A stretch of 64,000 bases of DNA from an uncultured delta proteobacterium (GTDB lineage Bacteria; Desulfobacterota; Syntrophia; Syntrophales; Fen-1087): assembly GCA_963709485.1 (NCBI GenBank), contig CAVPWE010000006.1, forward strand, positions 11,550 through 75,549. The letters are read 5' to 3'. Positions within the stretch are counted from its first letter, which is position 1. Every line of letters starts with the position of its first letter. The notes below the pieces were generated by a model. It saw only the letters and a program-made list of their open reading frames with translations, did no database searches and was not told the origin of the DNA. Made by a program: the position numbers and the translations under genes. Shown piece after piece: positions 1 to 9,553 of the stretch.

Positions 1-1292
1 GGCAGGGAAATGACGGACACGCGGTTGAAATAATAAACGATCAGGGGCAATGTTCCCAGGGTGGCGCTCACGGACACAATGAGGAACAGCGCCGCGTCGT
101 ACACGATCCTGCCGCAGATCCTTTTGTGCGCGGAAAGTTCGGCCGGATCCGGCTTTGGAACCAGGGCTGCCAGTTTCGGGCTGATAAAAAGGATCGCCGC
201 AACAGCCGTGAAGGACAGCTGGAAAGACAGATCAAAAAGGGATGCCGGCGAGAGGATCAGGATAACCAGCGCCGCAAGCGCAAGCGTGTTGTAGAGGTCC
301 CGCACTTTCCCCAGCAGGACGGCTGCCAGCAGAGCCAGGGCCATGATGGTCGCCCGCACGACGGATACACCCATGCCGGCGATAAACGTGAAAATGGCGA
401 TCGGCAGAAAGGAAAAGGCCGTCGATAGCTTGACGATATTGAATCTCAAAAGCAGCGTCTCGGAAAATTTTATGATGAAGCGAAACAGAAAAACGGAAAA
501 AACGGCGATAATGCCCACATTGAACCCGGAAATGGCGATGATGTGAGATGTGCCCGTCTGATTGAATTTCTCCATCATCTCCGGGGGAATTTCCTTTTGA
601 TCGCCCAGGATCATGGCCTGCACGATTTCACCATAGGGGGACGGTGAATTTTCCCGGATCAGCGTTTTCAGGCTTCTTCGAAATCTCTCAAGGGAAAGCC
701 GCAGCCGGTTCCCCTGATCTTCCCGCAGGACGATGATGTTGGCGGGGTTGTCAATGAAGCCGCGGACCAGGACCCCCCGCAGGCGAAGATAGCGCTCGTA
801 GTCGAACCCGCCGGGATTGTAAAAATTATGCGGCCTTTTCAGTTTCGTCCTGAACCGGATGACATCCCCATACTTGTACGTCTCGCCGGTTGCCGTGTTC
901 AGGAGGACCTTGCCTTCCACGGGAAGGAGGGCATCGTCCTTCCGGATCCGGAAAACGGAAACGGTCAGCGCCGTTTTTTCGGCCGATGCACGGGGGTTCT
1001 CCGATACCACCCCGTCGATGACCAGCCTTCCCTCATGGACATAACGGCTGATGTGATGCGGGCCCGGCTTCTGATAGAGATCCTGATTGATCGCCAGAAC
1101 GGACATCAGAAACATCGAGGCCGCGATCGCGACATGCAATGCCCATTCCTGCCGCTTTCGCAATGCGATCAGCATGCCGGTGAAAGCAGCGACCAGACCG
1201 ATCAGCAATCCCTGATCGGGGATTTCCTTTAAAAAACCCGTGACGATTCCCGCCATGGCGGCGATGAGGAGGGGAGTAAGCGGTCTTTGCAT
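1..1292 (-). CDS. comEC: ComEC/Rec2 DNA-uptake competence protein (runs off the window edge, C-terminus missing)
   Basis: Not in ORF track. Reverse translation from ATG at 1292 gives MQRPLTPLLIAAMAGIVTG..., with ComEC motifs NFYNPGGFDYERYL, HIIAISGFNVG and ISFQLSF. Confidence 0.9.
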   Translation of the reverse strand, partial: MQRPLTPLLIAAMAGIVTGFLKEIPDQGLLIGLVAAFTGMLIALRKRQEWALHVAIAASMFLMSVLAINQDLYQKPGPHHISRYVHEGRLVIDGVVSENPRASAEKTALTVSVFRIRKDDALLPVEGKVLLNTATGETYKYGDVIRFRTKLKRPHNFYNPGGFDYERYLRLRGVLVRGFIDNPANIIVLREDQGNRLRLSLERFRRSLKTLIRENSPSPYGEIVQAMILGDQKEIPPEMMEKFNQTGTSHIIAISGFNVGIIAVFSVFLFRFIIKFSETLLLRFNIVKLSTAFSFLPIAIFTFIAGMGVSVVRATIMALALLAAVLLGKVRDLYNTLALAALVILILSPASLFDLSFQLSFTAVAAILFISPKLAALVPKPDPAELSAHKRICGRIVYDAALFLIVSVSATLGTLPLIVYYFNRVSVISL

Positions 1293-1377
1293 GAGTTAAT
1301 TTGTTGAAATATGTCTAAAAAAAATTATATAGGATGATTATGGAAGATAAGAACAATCCCTCCCGCGAGGCCCGGTG

Positions 1378-3051
1378 ATGCTGCAAGAAAAAACGGCGAT
1401 CCGGCTCCGGTCTTTGATGCTGTCGAGAGTCGCAATCGTCACGCTCTTGCTGGGCATCGCCATTTTCATGCACAGCAAAGGCGAAGCGTATCTGCCCGAG
1501 ATATCGCTCCGTGCGCTATACGGGGTCATTATCACATCCTACATCCTGTCGCTTCTCTATTATTTTCTTCCCCGTCTGGTCAAGAACGTCAAAACAAACC
1601 TCTACGTCCAGGTCATCGGCGACGTTGCAATGGTCACCGGCCTGGTTTACGCGACGGGCGGCATCAGCAGCATCTATCCGGTTTTTTACACACTGGTCAT
1701 CATTTATTCCGTTTTATTCCTGGGCAGGCGGGGCGGGCTGATCACGGCTTCCGCCTGCAGCATCTGCTATGGCCTCCTCCTCGATCTGGAGTACTATAAA
1801 TTTCTGACGCCCCCCCATACGGCCATGATCCGGGATTACCCGTTTGCGGCAAGCTATGTGTTCTCAAGGATCATCACCTACATAGTTTCCTTCTATCTGA
1901 TCGCCTTCCTCGCCATTTTTATCGTGGAACAGGAAAAGAAGACGAGAACGCTGCTCCGGGAAAAGGAAACGGCGTTCGACCAGCTCGATGTGCTGCACCG
2001 AAGCATCATCGAGTCCGTGGACACGGGCATTTTGACGATCAATCGCCGGGGCCAGATCAAATCCTTCAACCGGGCGGCGGAGGAAATCACCGGCTTTTCC
2101 TTCGACGAAATCGAAAACAGAAATATCGCCGATTTGTTCCCGGCGTACGGGGATTTTGTTGCGAAGATTCAGGCGGGGAGCAACCCGGAGCCGGAGCGAA
2201 GCCGGGTGGAGATACAGATCGACAGCAGGGAGAAAAAGCCGCTGACCCTGGGCTGTTCCCTTTCCTTTCTGAATGACGGACAAGGCAAAAGGATCGGGGA
2301 TATTATCGTCTTCCAGGATTTGACAGCCGTCAAAAAAATGGAGGCGAGTCTTGAAAAAAACAAGAAGCTTGCTTTTATCGGCGAAATGGCGGCGGGACTG
2401 GCCCATGAAATCAGAAACCCCCTGGCATCGATCGGCGGCTCCATTCAGGTTTTGAACAAAAGCCTCGCCCTGAGCAAGGCCGATGAACGACTCATGCAGA
2501 TCATTCTGAGGGGCAAGGATCAGCTTGAGAGTTTCATGAGGGATTTTCTCCTTCTGTCCAGACCGTCGCCGGGAAAGCCGGAAGACATCCGGATCACGGA
2601 TATGATTGAGGAGGTGCTCGAATCGATGCGCTACCTGCCGGACTGGCGGGGCGATATCGTGACGGTGAAATCTATTCAGGATCCGCTGCCCCTCATTCGC
2701 GCAAACAAGGCGGAAATCAGGCAGTTGATCTGGAACCTTCTCATGAATGCGGTCCAATCCATGCCGGACGGCGGCCGTCTGGGCATCGAAGCCGGACCGG
2801 ACAGGACGGATGCATCCGGTCCCTGTCTCGAACTCCGGATCAAGGACAGCGGCCGGGGAATCGCGGAAAAGGATGCGGGCCGGCTTTTCGAACCCTTTTT
2901 CACGACCCGGGAAAAAGGAATGGGAATGGGGCTGGCGATTGTCAACCGGATCGTGGACAGTCACAGCGGCAAAATAAAAGTAGACAGCCGCTCGGGCGAA
3001 GGGACGACTTTCACGGTATGGCTTCCCTGCCTGACGGAAGCGGAGAGATGA
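1378..3051 (+). CDS. pilS: PilS-like membrane sensor histidine kinase (TM helices, PAS, HisKA, HATPase)
   Basis: Hydrophobic N-terminus; PAS-like FNRAAEEITG; H-box LAHEIRNPL; N box NLLMNA; G boxes DSGRGI and GMGMGL; followed by a PilR-like regulator. Confidence 0.8.
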   Translation: MLQEKTAIRLRSLMLSRVAIVTLLLGIAIFMHSKGEAYLPEISLRALYGVIITSYILSLLYYFLPRLVKNVKTNLYVQVIGDVAMVTGLVYATGGISSIYPVFYTLVIIYSVLFLGRRGGLITASACSICYGLLLDLEYYKFLTPPHTAMIRDYPFAASYVFSRIITYIVSFYLIAFLAIFIVEQEKKTRTLLREKETAFDQLDVLHRSIIESVDTGILTINRRGQIKSFNRAAEEITGFSFDEIENRNIADLFPAYGDFVAKIQAGSNPEPERSRVEIQIDSREKKPLTLGCSLSFLNDGQGKRIGDIIVFQDLTAVKKMEASLEKNKKLAFIGEMAAGLAHEIRNPLASIGGSIQVLNKSLALSKADERLMQIILRGKDQLESFMRDFLLLSRPSPGKPEDIRITDMIEEVLESMRYLPDWRGDIVTVKSIQDPLPLIRANKAEIRQLIWNLLMNAVQSMPDGGRLGIEAGPDRTDASGPCLELRIKDSGRGIAEKDAGRLFEPFFTTREKGMGMGLAIVNRIVDSHSGKIKVDSRSGEGTTFTVWLPCLTEAER

Positions 3052-4427
3052 AAATGGCAAAAATCCTCGTTCTGGACGACGACAAGGGAATGAGAGAGTT
3101 TCTCGAAATCATGCTGGGCAGGGAAGGGTATGATGTCACTTCCGCCTTCGACGGTGAAAAGGCCCTGAACCTCTGCAAGAAAGTTCCCTTCGATCTGATT
3201 CTCACGGATCTGAAAATGCCCAGGATGGACGGCATCGAATTCCTGAAACGGGTGAAGGACATCAGCCCCGAAGCGATGATCATTCTGATGACCGCTTATG
3301 CTTCCGGCGAAACGGCCGTCTCCGCGATGAAGGAGGGAGCCTATGACTATATCGAAAAAAATTTCGACATTGAAGACCTGGCGCGGCTGATCCGGGAAGC
3401 GCTGAACAAGAAGGGGATCAAGAAGAGCGACGCCCAATTCATCAGAGAGGTGGAAGAAGCGGTCTCCTTCGGGGGGATGATCGGAAAGAGCAAGGAAATG
3501 CTCAGGGTCTATGCGACCATCAAAAAGATAGCGGGCACCGCGGCCAATATACTGATTCTCGGTGAAAGCGGCACCGGCAAGGAGCTGGTTGCCCGGGCCA
3601 TCCATGAAAACAGCCCGCGCAAGGGATTGCCTTTTGTCATCATCAACTGCGGGGGAATACCGGAAACGCTCCTCGAATCGGAATTCTTCGGGTACATGAG
3701 AGGATCTTTCACGGGGGCCCACGCCGACAAGCCCGGCCTGTTCGAGGCGGCAAGCGGCGGCACGATATTCCTCGATGAAATCGGAGATTTGCCTTCGATT
3801 CTGCAAGTAAAGCTTTTACGCGTCGTACAGGAGAAAACCTTTCGGCGCATCGGGGGTGCGGAGGACATCAAAGTCAATGTCCGGATCATCTCGGCGACCA
3901 ATCAGAATCTTTCGGCAAAGGTCAAGGACAACACCTTCCGGGAGGATCTCTACTACCGTCTCAATGTCATTCCCATCCACCTTCCACCCCTGCGGGAAAG
4001 AAGGGACGACATCCCCATCCTGGCGAAGCACTTCATCGAAAAATACTCCCGGGATTTCGGAAAGGAAGTCAAAAATATATCCGTCTACGCACTGGAGCTC
4101 CTGATGAATTACCAATTTCCCGGAAACATCCGCGAGCTTGCCAACATCATCGAGCGCAGCGTCGCACTCGAATCGTCCAACATCGTTCTGCCGGAGAATC
4201 TCCGATTGTCGGAAACCCGGGAGGCGGCCGGTTCTTTCCCCGATTATCGGATTGCCGGTGAGGGCGTTGACCTGAATGAGGAACTGGCCCATATCGAGAG
4301 GCAATGGATTCTCAGCGCCCTCGAAAAATCGAAAGGATCCAAGACCAAAGCGGCGGAACTGCTGCACGTGACCGTCGATTCCCTGCGCTACCGCATTGAA
4401 AAGCTGGGAATGGAAACGGATTCATAA
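3048..4427 (+). CDS. pilR: PilR-like sigma-54-dependent response regulator (REC, AAA+, HTH)
   Basis: REC LTDLKMP; Walker A GESGTGKE; GSFTGA variant of GAFTGA as in PilR; FLDEIG; REDLYYRL; C-terminal HTH. Start 3048 or 3054. Confidence 0.8.
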   Translation: MKMAKILVLDDDKGMREFLEIMLGREGYDVTSAFDGEKALNLCKKVPFDLILTDLKMPRMDGIEFLKRVKDISPEAMIILMTAYASGETAVSAMKEGAYDYIEKNFDIEDLARLIREALNKKGIKKSDAQFIREVEEAVSFGGMIGKSKEMLRVYATIKKIAGTAANILILGESGTGKELVARAIHENSPRKGLPFVIINCGGIPETLLESEFFGYMRGSFTGAHADKPGLFEAASGGTIFLDEIGDLPSILQVKLLRVVQEKTFRRIGGAEDIKVNVRIISATNQNLSAKVKDNTFREDLYYRLNVIPIHLPPLRERRDDIPILAKHFIEKYSRDFGKEVKNISVYALELLMNYQFPGNIRELANIIERSVALESSNIVLPENLRLSETREAAGSFPDYRIAGEGVDLNEELAHIERQWILSALEKSKGSKTKAAELLHVTVDSLRYRIEKLGMETDS

Positions 4428-4435
4428 AATATTTC

Positions 4436-4467
4436 TTGACATCCCTTCCGCTTTGCCTTTATATGAT
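4436..4467 (+). promoter_or_regulatory. Candidate sigma-70 promoter for leader peptide/ABC operon
   Basis: TTGACA at 4436-4441, followed 17-20 nt later by AT-rich TTATATGAT. Confidence 0.55.
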
Positions 4468-4486
4468 GGCAAGAGGAACGTTACTG

Positions 4487-4576
4487 ATGAAAAGTCAAAA
4501 TGTCATTGATCGCCGGGTTGTCCGTTTTTTCGCTTTCTTCAGCTTTTTTAGCGAGGTCTGCCTGCCGCGCTCATGA
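4487..4576 (+). CDS. Phe-rich attenuator leader peptide (29 aa, MKSQNVIDRRVVRFFAFFSFFSEVCLPRS)
   Basis: SD GAGGA at 4473-4477; ATG 4487; 6 Phe codons in 8 (4526-4549); TGA 4574-4576; overlaps the antiterminator arm. Confidence 0.8.
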   Translation: MKSQNVIDRRVVRFFAFFSFFSEVCLPRS

Positions 4577-4609
4577 CATGACTTGAGCCATGACGCCGCG
4601 GGCGGACCT
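4554..4609 (+). promoter_or_regulatory. Antiterminator hairpin of the Phe attenuator
   Basis: AGGUCUGCCUGC (4554-4565) pairs with GCGGGCGGACCU (4598-4609), 12 bp with two G-U; extended by UCAUG/CAUGA; sequesters the terminator 5' arm. Confidence 0.75.
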
Positions 4610-4636
4610 TTTCGAGCTGCCCGCGGCTTTTTTTTT
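4595..4636 (+). terminator. Intrinsic terminator (attenuator) upstream of the ABC operon
   Basis: GCCGCGGGC (4595-4603) / GCCCGCGGC (4619-4627) stem, then 9 T (4628-4636). Confidence 0.85.
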
Positions 4637-4692
4637 GAAGGCCGTGGAATCAGATCCATGGCTTTTTTTTATCTTTTTTCGAGGAGGACGGG

Positions 4693-5904
4693 GTGATGAA
4701 TAAAATCATGAGATGGACGAATGCGATGGGCATGCTGGCCGTGTTGACCTTCTTCGCCACAGCGCCGATGGCCGATGCCGCGGCCATTAAAGTTGGGGCG
4801 GCGATCAACATGACCGGCCCGGCTTCCACCTGGGGCCAGTACCATGCCAGGGGGCAGCAGGATTACTTCCGCTATGTCAACGAAGTCAAAGGAGGCGTAG
4901 CCGGGAGAAAGATCGAGATGATTCTGGTCGATACGGGTTACAAGGTCCCGGAAGCCGTCGCCGCCGTGAGGAAGTTCGCTGTTCAGGACCAGGTGGACAT
5001 GATCGCCACCTGGGGGGCCGGGGAGGGTCTGGCCGCGAAGCCCATCATCCAGAACTACCGGATTCCCACAATCAATTACTCCACAAGCTGGGAAATCCTG
5101 GAGGCGCCGGTCGATTACATGTATCTTCCCTTCGGCAGTTACCGGATGGATTGCTATGCGGTGATTGACTACATCCGGACCATTCACAAGGGAAAGGAGG
5201 CGCCCAAGATCGGCCTGCTGACCTACAACAATGCATACGGCCGCTCCATTCACAAGCCGACCCGCGAGTATGCCGCCCAGCAGAAGGTGCAGATTGTTGC
5301 GATCGAGGAATTCCCCCCGAAAACGGTGGACCTGACGACGGAGCTGCTGCGGCTCAAGCAGAAGGGCGCGGAATACATCTTCATGCAGATGCTGCCCGCC
5401 GCCATCATCACGACATTCAAGAGCGCCGACCGGATCGGTTATGCGCCGCAATTCTTCGGGACATGGACATCCACGGACCCGGACTTCTTCAAGCTTGGAC
5501 AGGGCCTGATCCGGGACCGGCTGAACATGCAGTTCCCGGGCGGTCTGCCCTCAGACAACACGAAGGGCATTGCGCTCATGAAAGAGCTTTGGAAGCGCTA
5601 CAAGACGGTTGACAAGTTCGATGCGGCCTACTGGGAGGGCGTTGTCATCGGCATGATCATGGAGCGGGCCTTTGTCCGGGCGCAGGAATCCTTCAAGCAG
5701 ATCAACCGGGAAACGATCAACAAGGCGATGGAATCCTTCCGGAACGAGGATTTCGGAGGCCTTGTGCCGAACGTCACCTACAGCCGGAAAGACCACGGCG
5801 CATCTTTCAAGGCCAGAATGGTCCGGGTGCGGGAGGACGGTTCCCTGATCCCGCTGACCAACTTCTACACGCCCGGACAAGAGAAGATCAAACTGGCGAA
5901 GTGA
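4693..5904 (+). CDS. LIV/HAAT-family ABC transporter periplasmic binding protein
   Basis: Signal peptide; IKVGAAINMTGP and VNEVKGGVAGRKIEMILVDTGY typical of LivK-like PBP1 fold; SD GAGGAGG. Confidence 0.88.
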   Translation: MMNKIMRWTNAMGMLAVLTFFATAPMADAAAIKVGAAINMTGPASTWGQYHARGQQDYFRYVNEVKGGVAGRKIEMILVDTGYKVPEAVAAVRKFAVQDQVDMIATWGAGEGLAAKPIIQNYRIPTINYSTSWEILEAPVDYMYLPFGSYRMDCYAVIDYIRTIHKGKEAPKIGLLTYNNAYGRSIHKPTREYAAQQKVQIVAIEEFPPKTVDLTTELLRLKQKGAEYIFMQMLPAAIITTFKSADRIGYAPQFFGTWTSTDPDFFKLGQGLIRDRLNMQFPGGLPSDNTKGIALMKELWKRYKTVDKFDAAYWEGVVIGMIMERAFVRAQESFKQINRETINKAMESFRNEDFGGLVPNVTYSRKDHGASFKARMVRVREDGSLIPLTNFYTPGQEKIKLAK

Positions 5905-5917
5905 GGCCGGGAACCCG

Positions 5918-6745
5918 ATGAAATCACAGCGCAGCCGGCCGGGCATCTTCAGCACGCGGAATCAGGAAGACGCCACGGCTGAACTGGACATTTCGAATCT
6001 CTCCCTGCATTTCGGCGGGGTCAGGGCATTGCACGACATCGATCTGGCCGTTCACACCGGCGAACTGGTCGCGGTGATCGGTCCGAACGGCGCGGGCAAG
6101 ACCAGCCTCCTGAACTGCATGACCGGTTTCTACCGGCCGCAGCAGGGCAGCATCCGCTTCAACGGCCGGGACATCACCCATTTTCCCCCCCATGAACTGG
6201 TGCGCATCGGCATCGGGCGGACCTTTCAGAACATCGAGCTGTTTCCGGGGATGACGGTGTTGTCGAACATGCTGCTGGCGCGGCACATCCACTGTCGCTA
6301 CGGCCTCGGCGCCGCGACGCTCTTCGCGGCCTCCGCCCGGAAAGAGGAGATCCGCCACCGGCTCGTTCTGGAAGAGGTGATCGATTTTCTGGAGATGCAG
6401 GCGATCCGCAAGAAAACGGTCGGATCCCTTCCCTACGGTCTGATGAAAAGGGTCGAACTCGGGCGCGCCCTGGCGCTGGAACCGAGGCTCCTCGTCCTCG
6501 ACGAGCCTTTTGCCGGCATGAACCTCGAGGAAAAGGAGGACATGGTCCGGTTTCTCATCGAACTGAACGAAGCCTGGGGCCAGACCATGATCCTGGTGGA
6601 GCACGACATGTCCATTGTCATGAGCATTTCCCAGCGGATCATGGTCCTGAATTTCGGCGAGAAGCTGGCCGAGGGGACGCCGGAAGCGGTGCGGAACCAC
6701 CCGGAGGTGATCAAGGCCTATCTGGGTGACGCGGAATCCCTATGA
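5918..6745 (+). CDS. LivG-like ABC ATP-binding protein
   Basis: GPNGAGKT, RTFQN, LPYG, LDEP, EHDM, VIKAYLG. Confidence 0.92.
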   Translation: MKSQRSRPGIFSTRNQEDATAELDISNLSLHFGGVRALHDIDLAVHTGELVAVIGPNGAGKTSLLNCMTGFYRPQQGSIRFNGRDITHFPPHELVRIGIGRTFQNIELFPGMTVLSNMLLARHIHCRYGLGAATLFAASARKEEIRHRLVLEEVIDFLEMQAIRKKTVGSLPYGLMKRVELGRALALEPRLLVLDEPFAGMNLEEKEDMVRFLIELNEAWGQTMILVEHDMSIVMSISQRIMVLNFGEKLAEGTPEAVRNHPEVIKAYLGDAESL

Positions 6746-8661
6746 AGAAGGCATTGATGACGGCAAATCCGGCAGAAAAAACGCTTCCCCAGGTCCTGGC
6801 CCTGCAGGCCGAGCGCCTGGGTGCGGCGACGGCGATCCGCGAAAAGGCGCTCGGCATCTGGCAGCACTACTCCTGGGCGGATTATTTCCGCTACGTGAGG
6901 CATACGGCCGGCGGCCTGATGTCGCTCGGGCTGAAGCGCGGCGAACATGTCGGCATCATCCTGAACAACCATCCGGAATGGCTCTTCAGCGAACTGGGGG
7001 CCCAGTCGCTGGGCGCCGTCACGCTGAATCTGTTTACCTCCTCGATCACCGACGAGCTTTGCCTTGCCCTCAACCGGATCCAGGCGGCCCTTGTATTCGT
7101 CCAGGATCAGGAACAGGTCGACAAGCTCCTGGATGCCCGCGACCGGCTCCCGCACGTCCGCCGCGTCATCTATATCGACCCCACCGGGATGAGAAGCTAC
7201 CGGAACGAGCCCTGGCTGGTCGGCTTCGGCGAGCTGATCCGCATGGGGGAGACATGCGAACGGGAGCAGCCGGACCGCGTCCTGTGGGAGATGCAAAAAG
7301 GGGGCAGGAGCGAGACCGCCCTGATGATCCTGACCTCCGGGACGACGGGGCTGCCGAAGCTTGCCATGCTGTCCCACCGGAACCTGACGGCCATTGCGGA
7401 GAGCTGGGTCGAGGCCATGGCCATTCAACCGGGCGAGAACTGGATCTCCATGTCGCCGCCCGCCTGGATCGTTGACCAGATGTGGGGCGTCGGGGTCGCC
7501 CTGGTCGGCGGCATGACGATGAACTTTCCCGAAACCCCGGAGACCGTCACGGAGGATTTCCGTGAAATCGGACCGTCCCTGCTCATCACCGCCTCCCGGT
7601 TCTGGGAGGACCTCGCTTCCCGGATCATGGTGAAGATGTCCGACGCGGGCCTGATCAAACGAAAAATGTTCGACCTGGCCGAACGGATCGGCCGCAGGAT
7701 CGCGGCAAAGACATCCCGGGAGGAAAGCGTCCCATCTTACCTGAGAGCCCTGCACCGGCTGGCGTCGCTCATGGTTTACCGGCCCCTGCTTGACCGGATC
7801 GGATGCCTGAAGCTGCGCAGCGCCTTCACCGGCGGCCATCCCATCAGCCCGGATGTGATCGGCTTTTTCAGAACCATCGGACTCAACCTCAAACAGTGCT
7901 ACGGCCTGACCGAGGCCGGCGGCATCTTTCAGCTCCAGCCGGACGACCAGGTCAAGCTGGAGACCGTGGGAAAGCCCCTGCCGGGAACGCTCGTCCGGCT
8001 TTCGGAAGACCAGGAGGTCCTGGTCCGCAGCGACGCCGTGTTCTCCGGCTATTACCAGGACTTCAAGTCGACGGAGGCCGCGTTCACCGACGGCTGGCTG
8101 AGAACCGGCGACGCGGGCTATCTGGACAAGGACGGCCACTTGCTGATCATCGGACGCAGGGAGGAGATCATCCGCAACAAGAGCGGGGAGGCCTTTTCGC
8201 CGGATTTCATCGAAACCCGCCTGAAGTTCAGCCCCTACATCAAGGAGGCCGTTGTTTTCGGGGAAGGGCGCCCCTACATCACGCTCATGATCAACATCGA
8301 TTTCGGAAATGTCGGCGTCTGGGCGGAGGAGCGGATGATCCCCTACACGACGTATATGGATCTGTCCCAGCAGCCGGCTGTGGAGGAGCTGATCCTGGGC
8401 GAGATCCGGCGGATCAACGCACAACTGCCGGACATCATGAAAGTCCGGAAGTTCTTCCTCCTGTACAAGCTCCTGGATGCCGACGACGAGGAGCTGACCC
8501 GGACCGGCAAGGTGAGGCGGCGTTTTGTCTACGGCCTTTACATCAAGCTGATCGAGGCCATGTACCGCGACCAGCGGGAGGTCGACGTCAAGGCGAAGGT
8601 CCAGTATCGGGACGGCCAGATCGGCAAGGTGGAAACGAAGGTAAAAATCATACCGGTTTAA
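6742..8661 (+). CDS. AMP-forming acyl-CoA synthetase (long-chain FACL-like family)
   Basis: TSGTTGLPK, YGLTE, GWLRTGDAG, ELTRTGKVRR. Confidence 0.9.
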   Translation: MKKALMTANPAEKTLPQVLALQAERLGAATAIREKALGIWQHYSWADYFRYVRHTAGGLMSLGLKRGEHVGIILNNHPEWLFSELGAQSLGAVTLNLFTSSITDELCLALNRIQAALVFVQDQEQVDKLLDARDRLPHVRRVIYIDPTGMRSYRNEPWLVGFGELIRMGETCEREQPDRVLWEMQKGGRSETALMILTSGTTGLPKLAMLSHRNLTAIAESWVEAMAIQPGENWISMSPPAWIVDQMWGVGVALVGGMTMNFPETPETVTEDFREIGPSLLITASRFWEDLASRIMVKMSDAGLIKRKMFDLAERIGRRIAAKTSREESVPSYLRALHRLASLMVYRPLLDRIGCLKLRSAFTGGHPISPDVIGFFRTIGLNLKQCYGLTEAGGIFQLQPDDQVKLETVGKPLPGTLVRLSEDQEVLVRSDAVFSGYYQDFKSTEAAFTDGWLRTGDAGYLDKDGHLLIIGRREEIIRNKSGEAFSPDFIETRLKFSPYIKEAVVFGEGRPYITLMINIDFGNVGVWAEERMIPYTTYMDLSQQPAVEELILGEIRRINAQLPDIMKVRKFFLLYKLLDADDEELTRTGKVRRRFVYGLYIKLIEAMYRDQREVDVKAKVQYRDGQIGKVETKVKIIPV

Positions 8662-8674
8662 GGAGATTTCTCGA

Positions 8675-9553
8675 ATGGACTTTTTCGTTCAACTGCTCGT
8701 CAACGGCATCAGCATCGGCCTGCTGTACGGCCTGTCCGCGATGGGCTTTGTCATGATCTTCAAATCATCCAGCGTCCTCAATTTCGCCCATGGTGAACTG
8801 CTTGCCTTCGGGGCGTTCCTGTTCCTGGCGATGGTCTCCTGGGCCAAGCTGCCCCTGCCGGTGGCCTTTCTGGCGACGCTGGCCGGCTGTTTCTCCCTGG
8901 GTTTCCTTGTGGAGCGCGTCTTCCTGCGCCCCCTCATCGGCGAGCCCCTGATTTTCGTGATCATGCTGACCGTCGGCCTGGCCTCGATGTTCAAGGGGCT
9001 GCTGCTGCTGGTGTGGGGCGGCAACCTTCAGACCTATCCGGACTTTCTGCCGGAGGCGCTCGGCATCCGCTGGGGCGTCATCCAGGTTCCTCCCGTCTAC
9101 GTGGCCGCGATGGTCATCGGAATGATCTTTCTGTGCCTCTTCGGCCTGTTTTTCAAATACTCCTCCCAGGGAATCTACATGCGTTCGGTGGCGGACAATC
9201 AGAAAGCCGCCCTTTCCCTGGGGGTTCACGTGAAGCGGGTCTTTGCGCTGTCCTGGGCCATCGCGGCCCTGGTGGCCGGGATGAGCGGCATCGTTCTGGG
9301 CATCATCAACGGCATCAACGTGCACGACCTGAGCGCCATCGGCCTCAAGGTGTTCCCCGTGGTGATCCTGGGCGGGCTGGATTCCATCGGCGGGGCCATC
9401 ATCGGCGGCATCATCATCGGCCTGCTGGAGACCTTCACGGGCGGCTACCTGTCGCCGTCGCTCCGCGACGTGGTTCCCTACATCGTTCTGGTGCTGATTC
9501 TGCTGGTGAAGCCCTACGGCCTCTTCGGCCTGAAAGAAATCGAGCGGGTATGA
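8675..9553 (+). CDS. LivH-like ABC permease
   Basis: VLNFAHGE, MRSVADNQKAALSLGV, ILGGLDSIGG, KPYGLFG. Confidence 0.9.
   Translation: MDFFVQLLVNGISIGLLYGLSAMGFVMIFKSSSVLNFAHGELLAFGAFLFLAMVSWAKLPLPVAFLATLAGCFSLGFLVERVFLRPLIGEPLIFVIMLTVGLASMFKGLLLLVWGGNLQTYPDFLPEALGIRWGVIQVPPVYVAAMVIGMIFLCLFGLFFKYSSQGIYMRSVADNQKAALSLGVHVKRVFALSWAIAALVAGMSGIVLGIINGINVHDLSAIGLKVFPVVILGGLDSIGGAIIGGIIIGLLETFTGGYLSPSLRDVVPYIVLVLILLVKPYGLFGLKEIERV

Noticed and set aside
4595-4636. Terminator as simply the end of pilR
   Set aside because: It lies about 170 nt past the pilR stop, after a new promoter and leader ORF, and has a dedicated antiterminator.
9013-9549. N-terminal extensions in the ORF track (livM 9013, kefC 24370, apgM 28508, iorB 32369)
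   Set aside because: They overlap upstream genes out of frame; the real starts are at the stop/start junctions.
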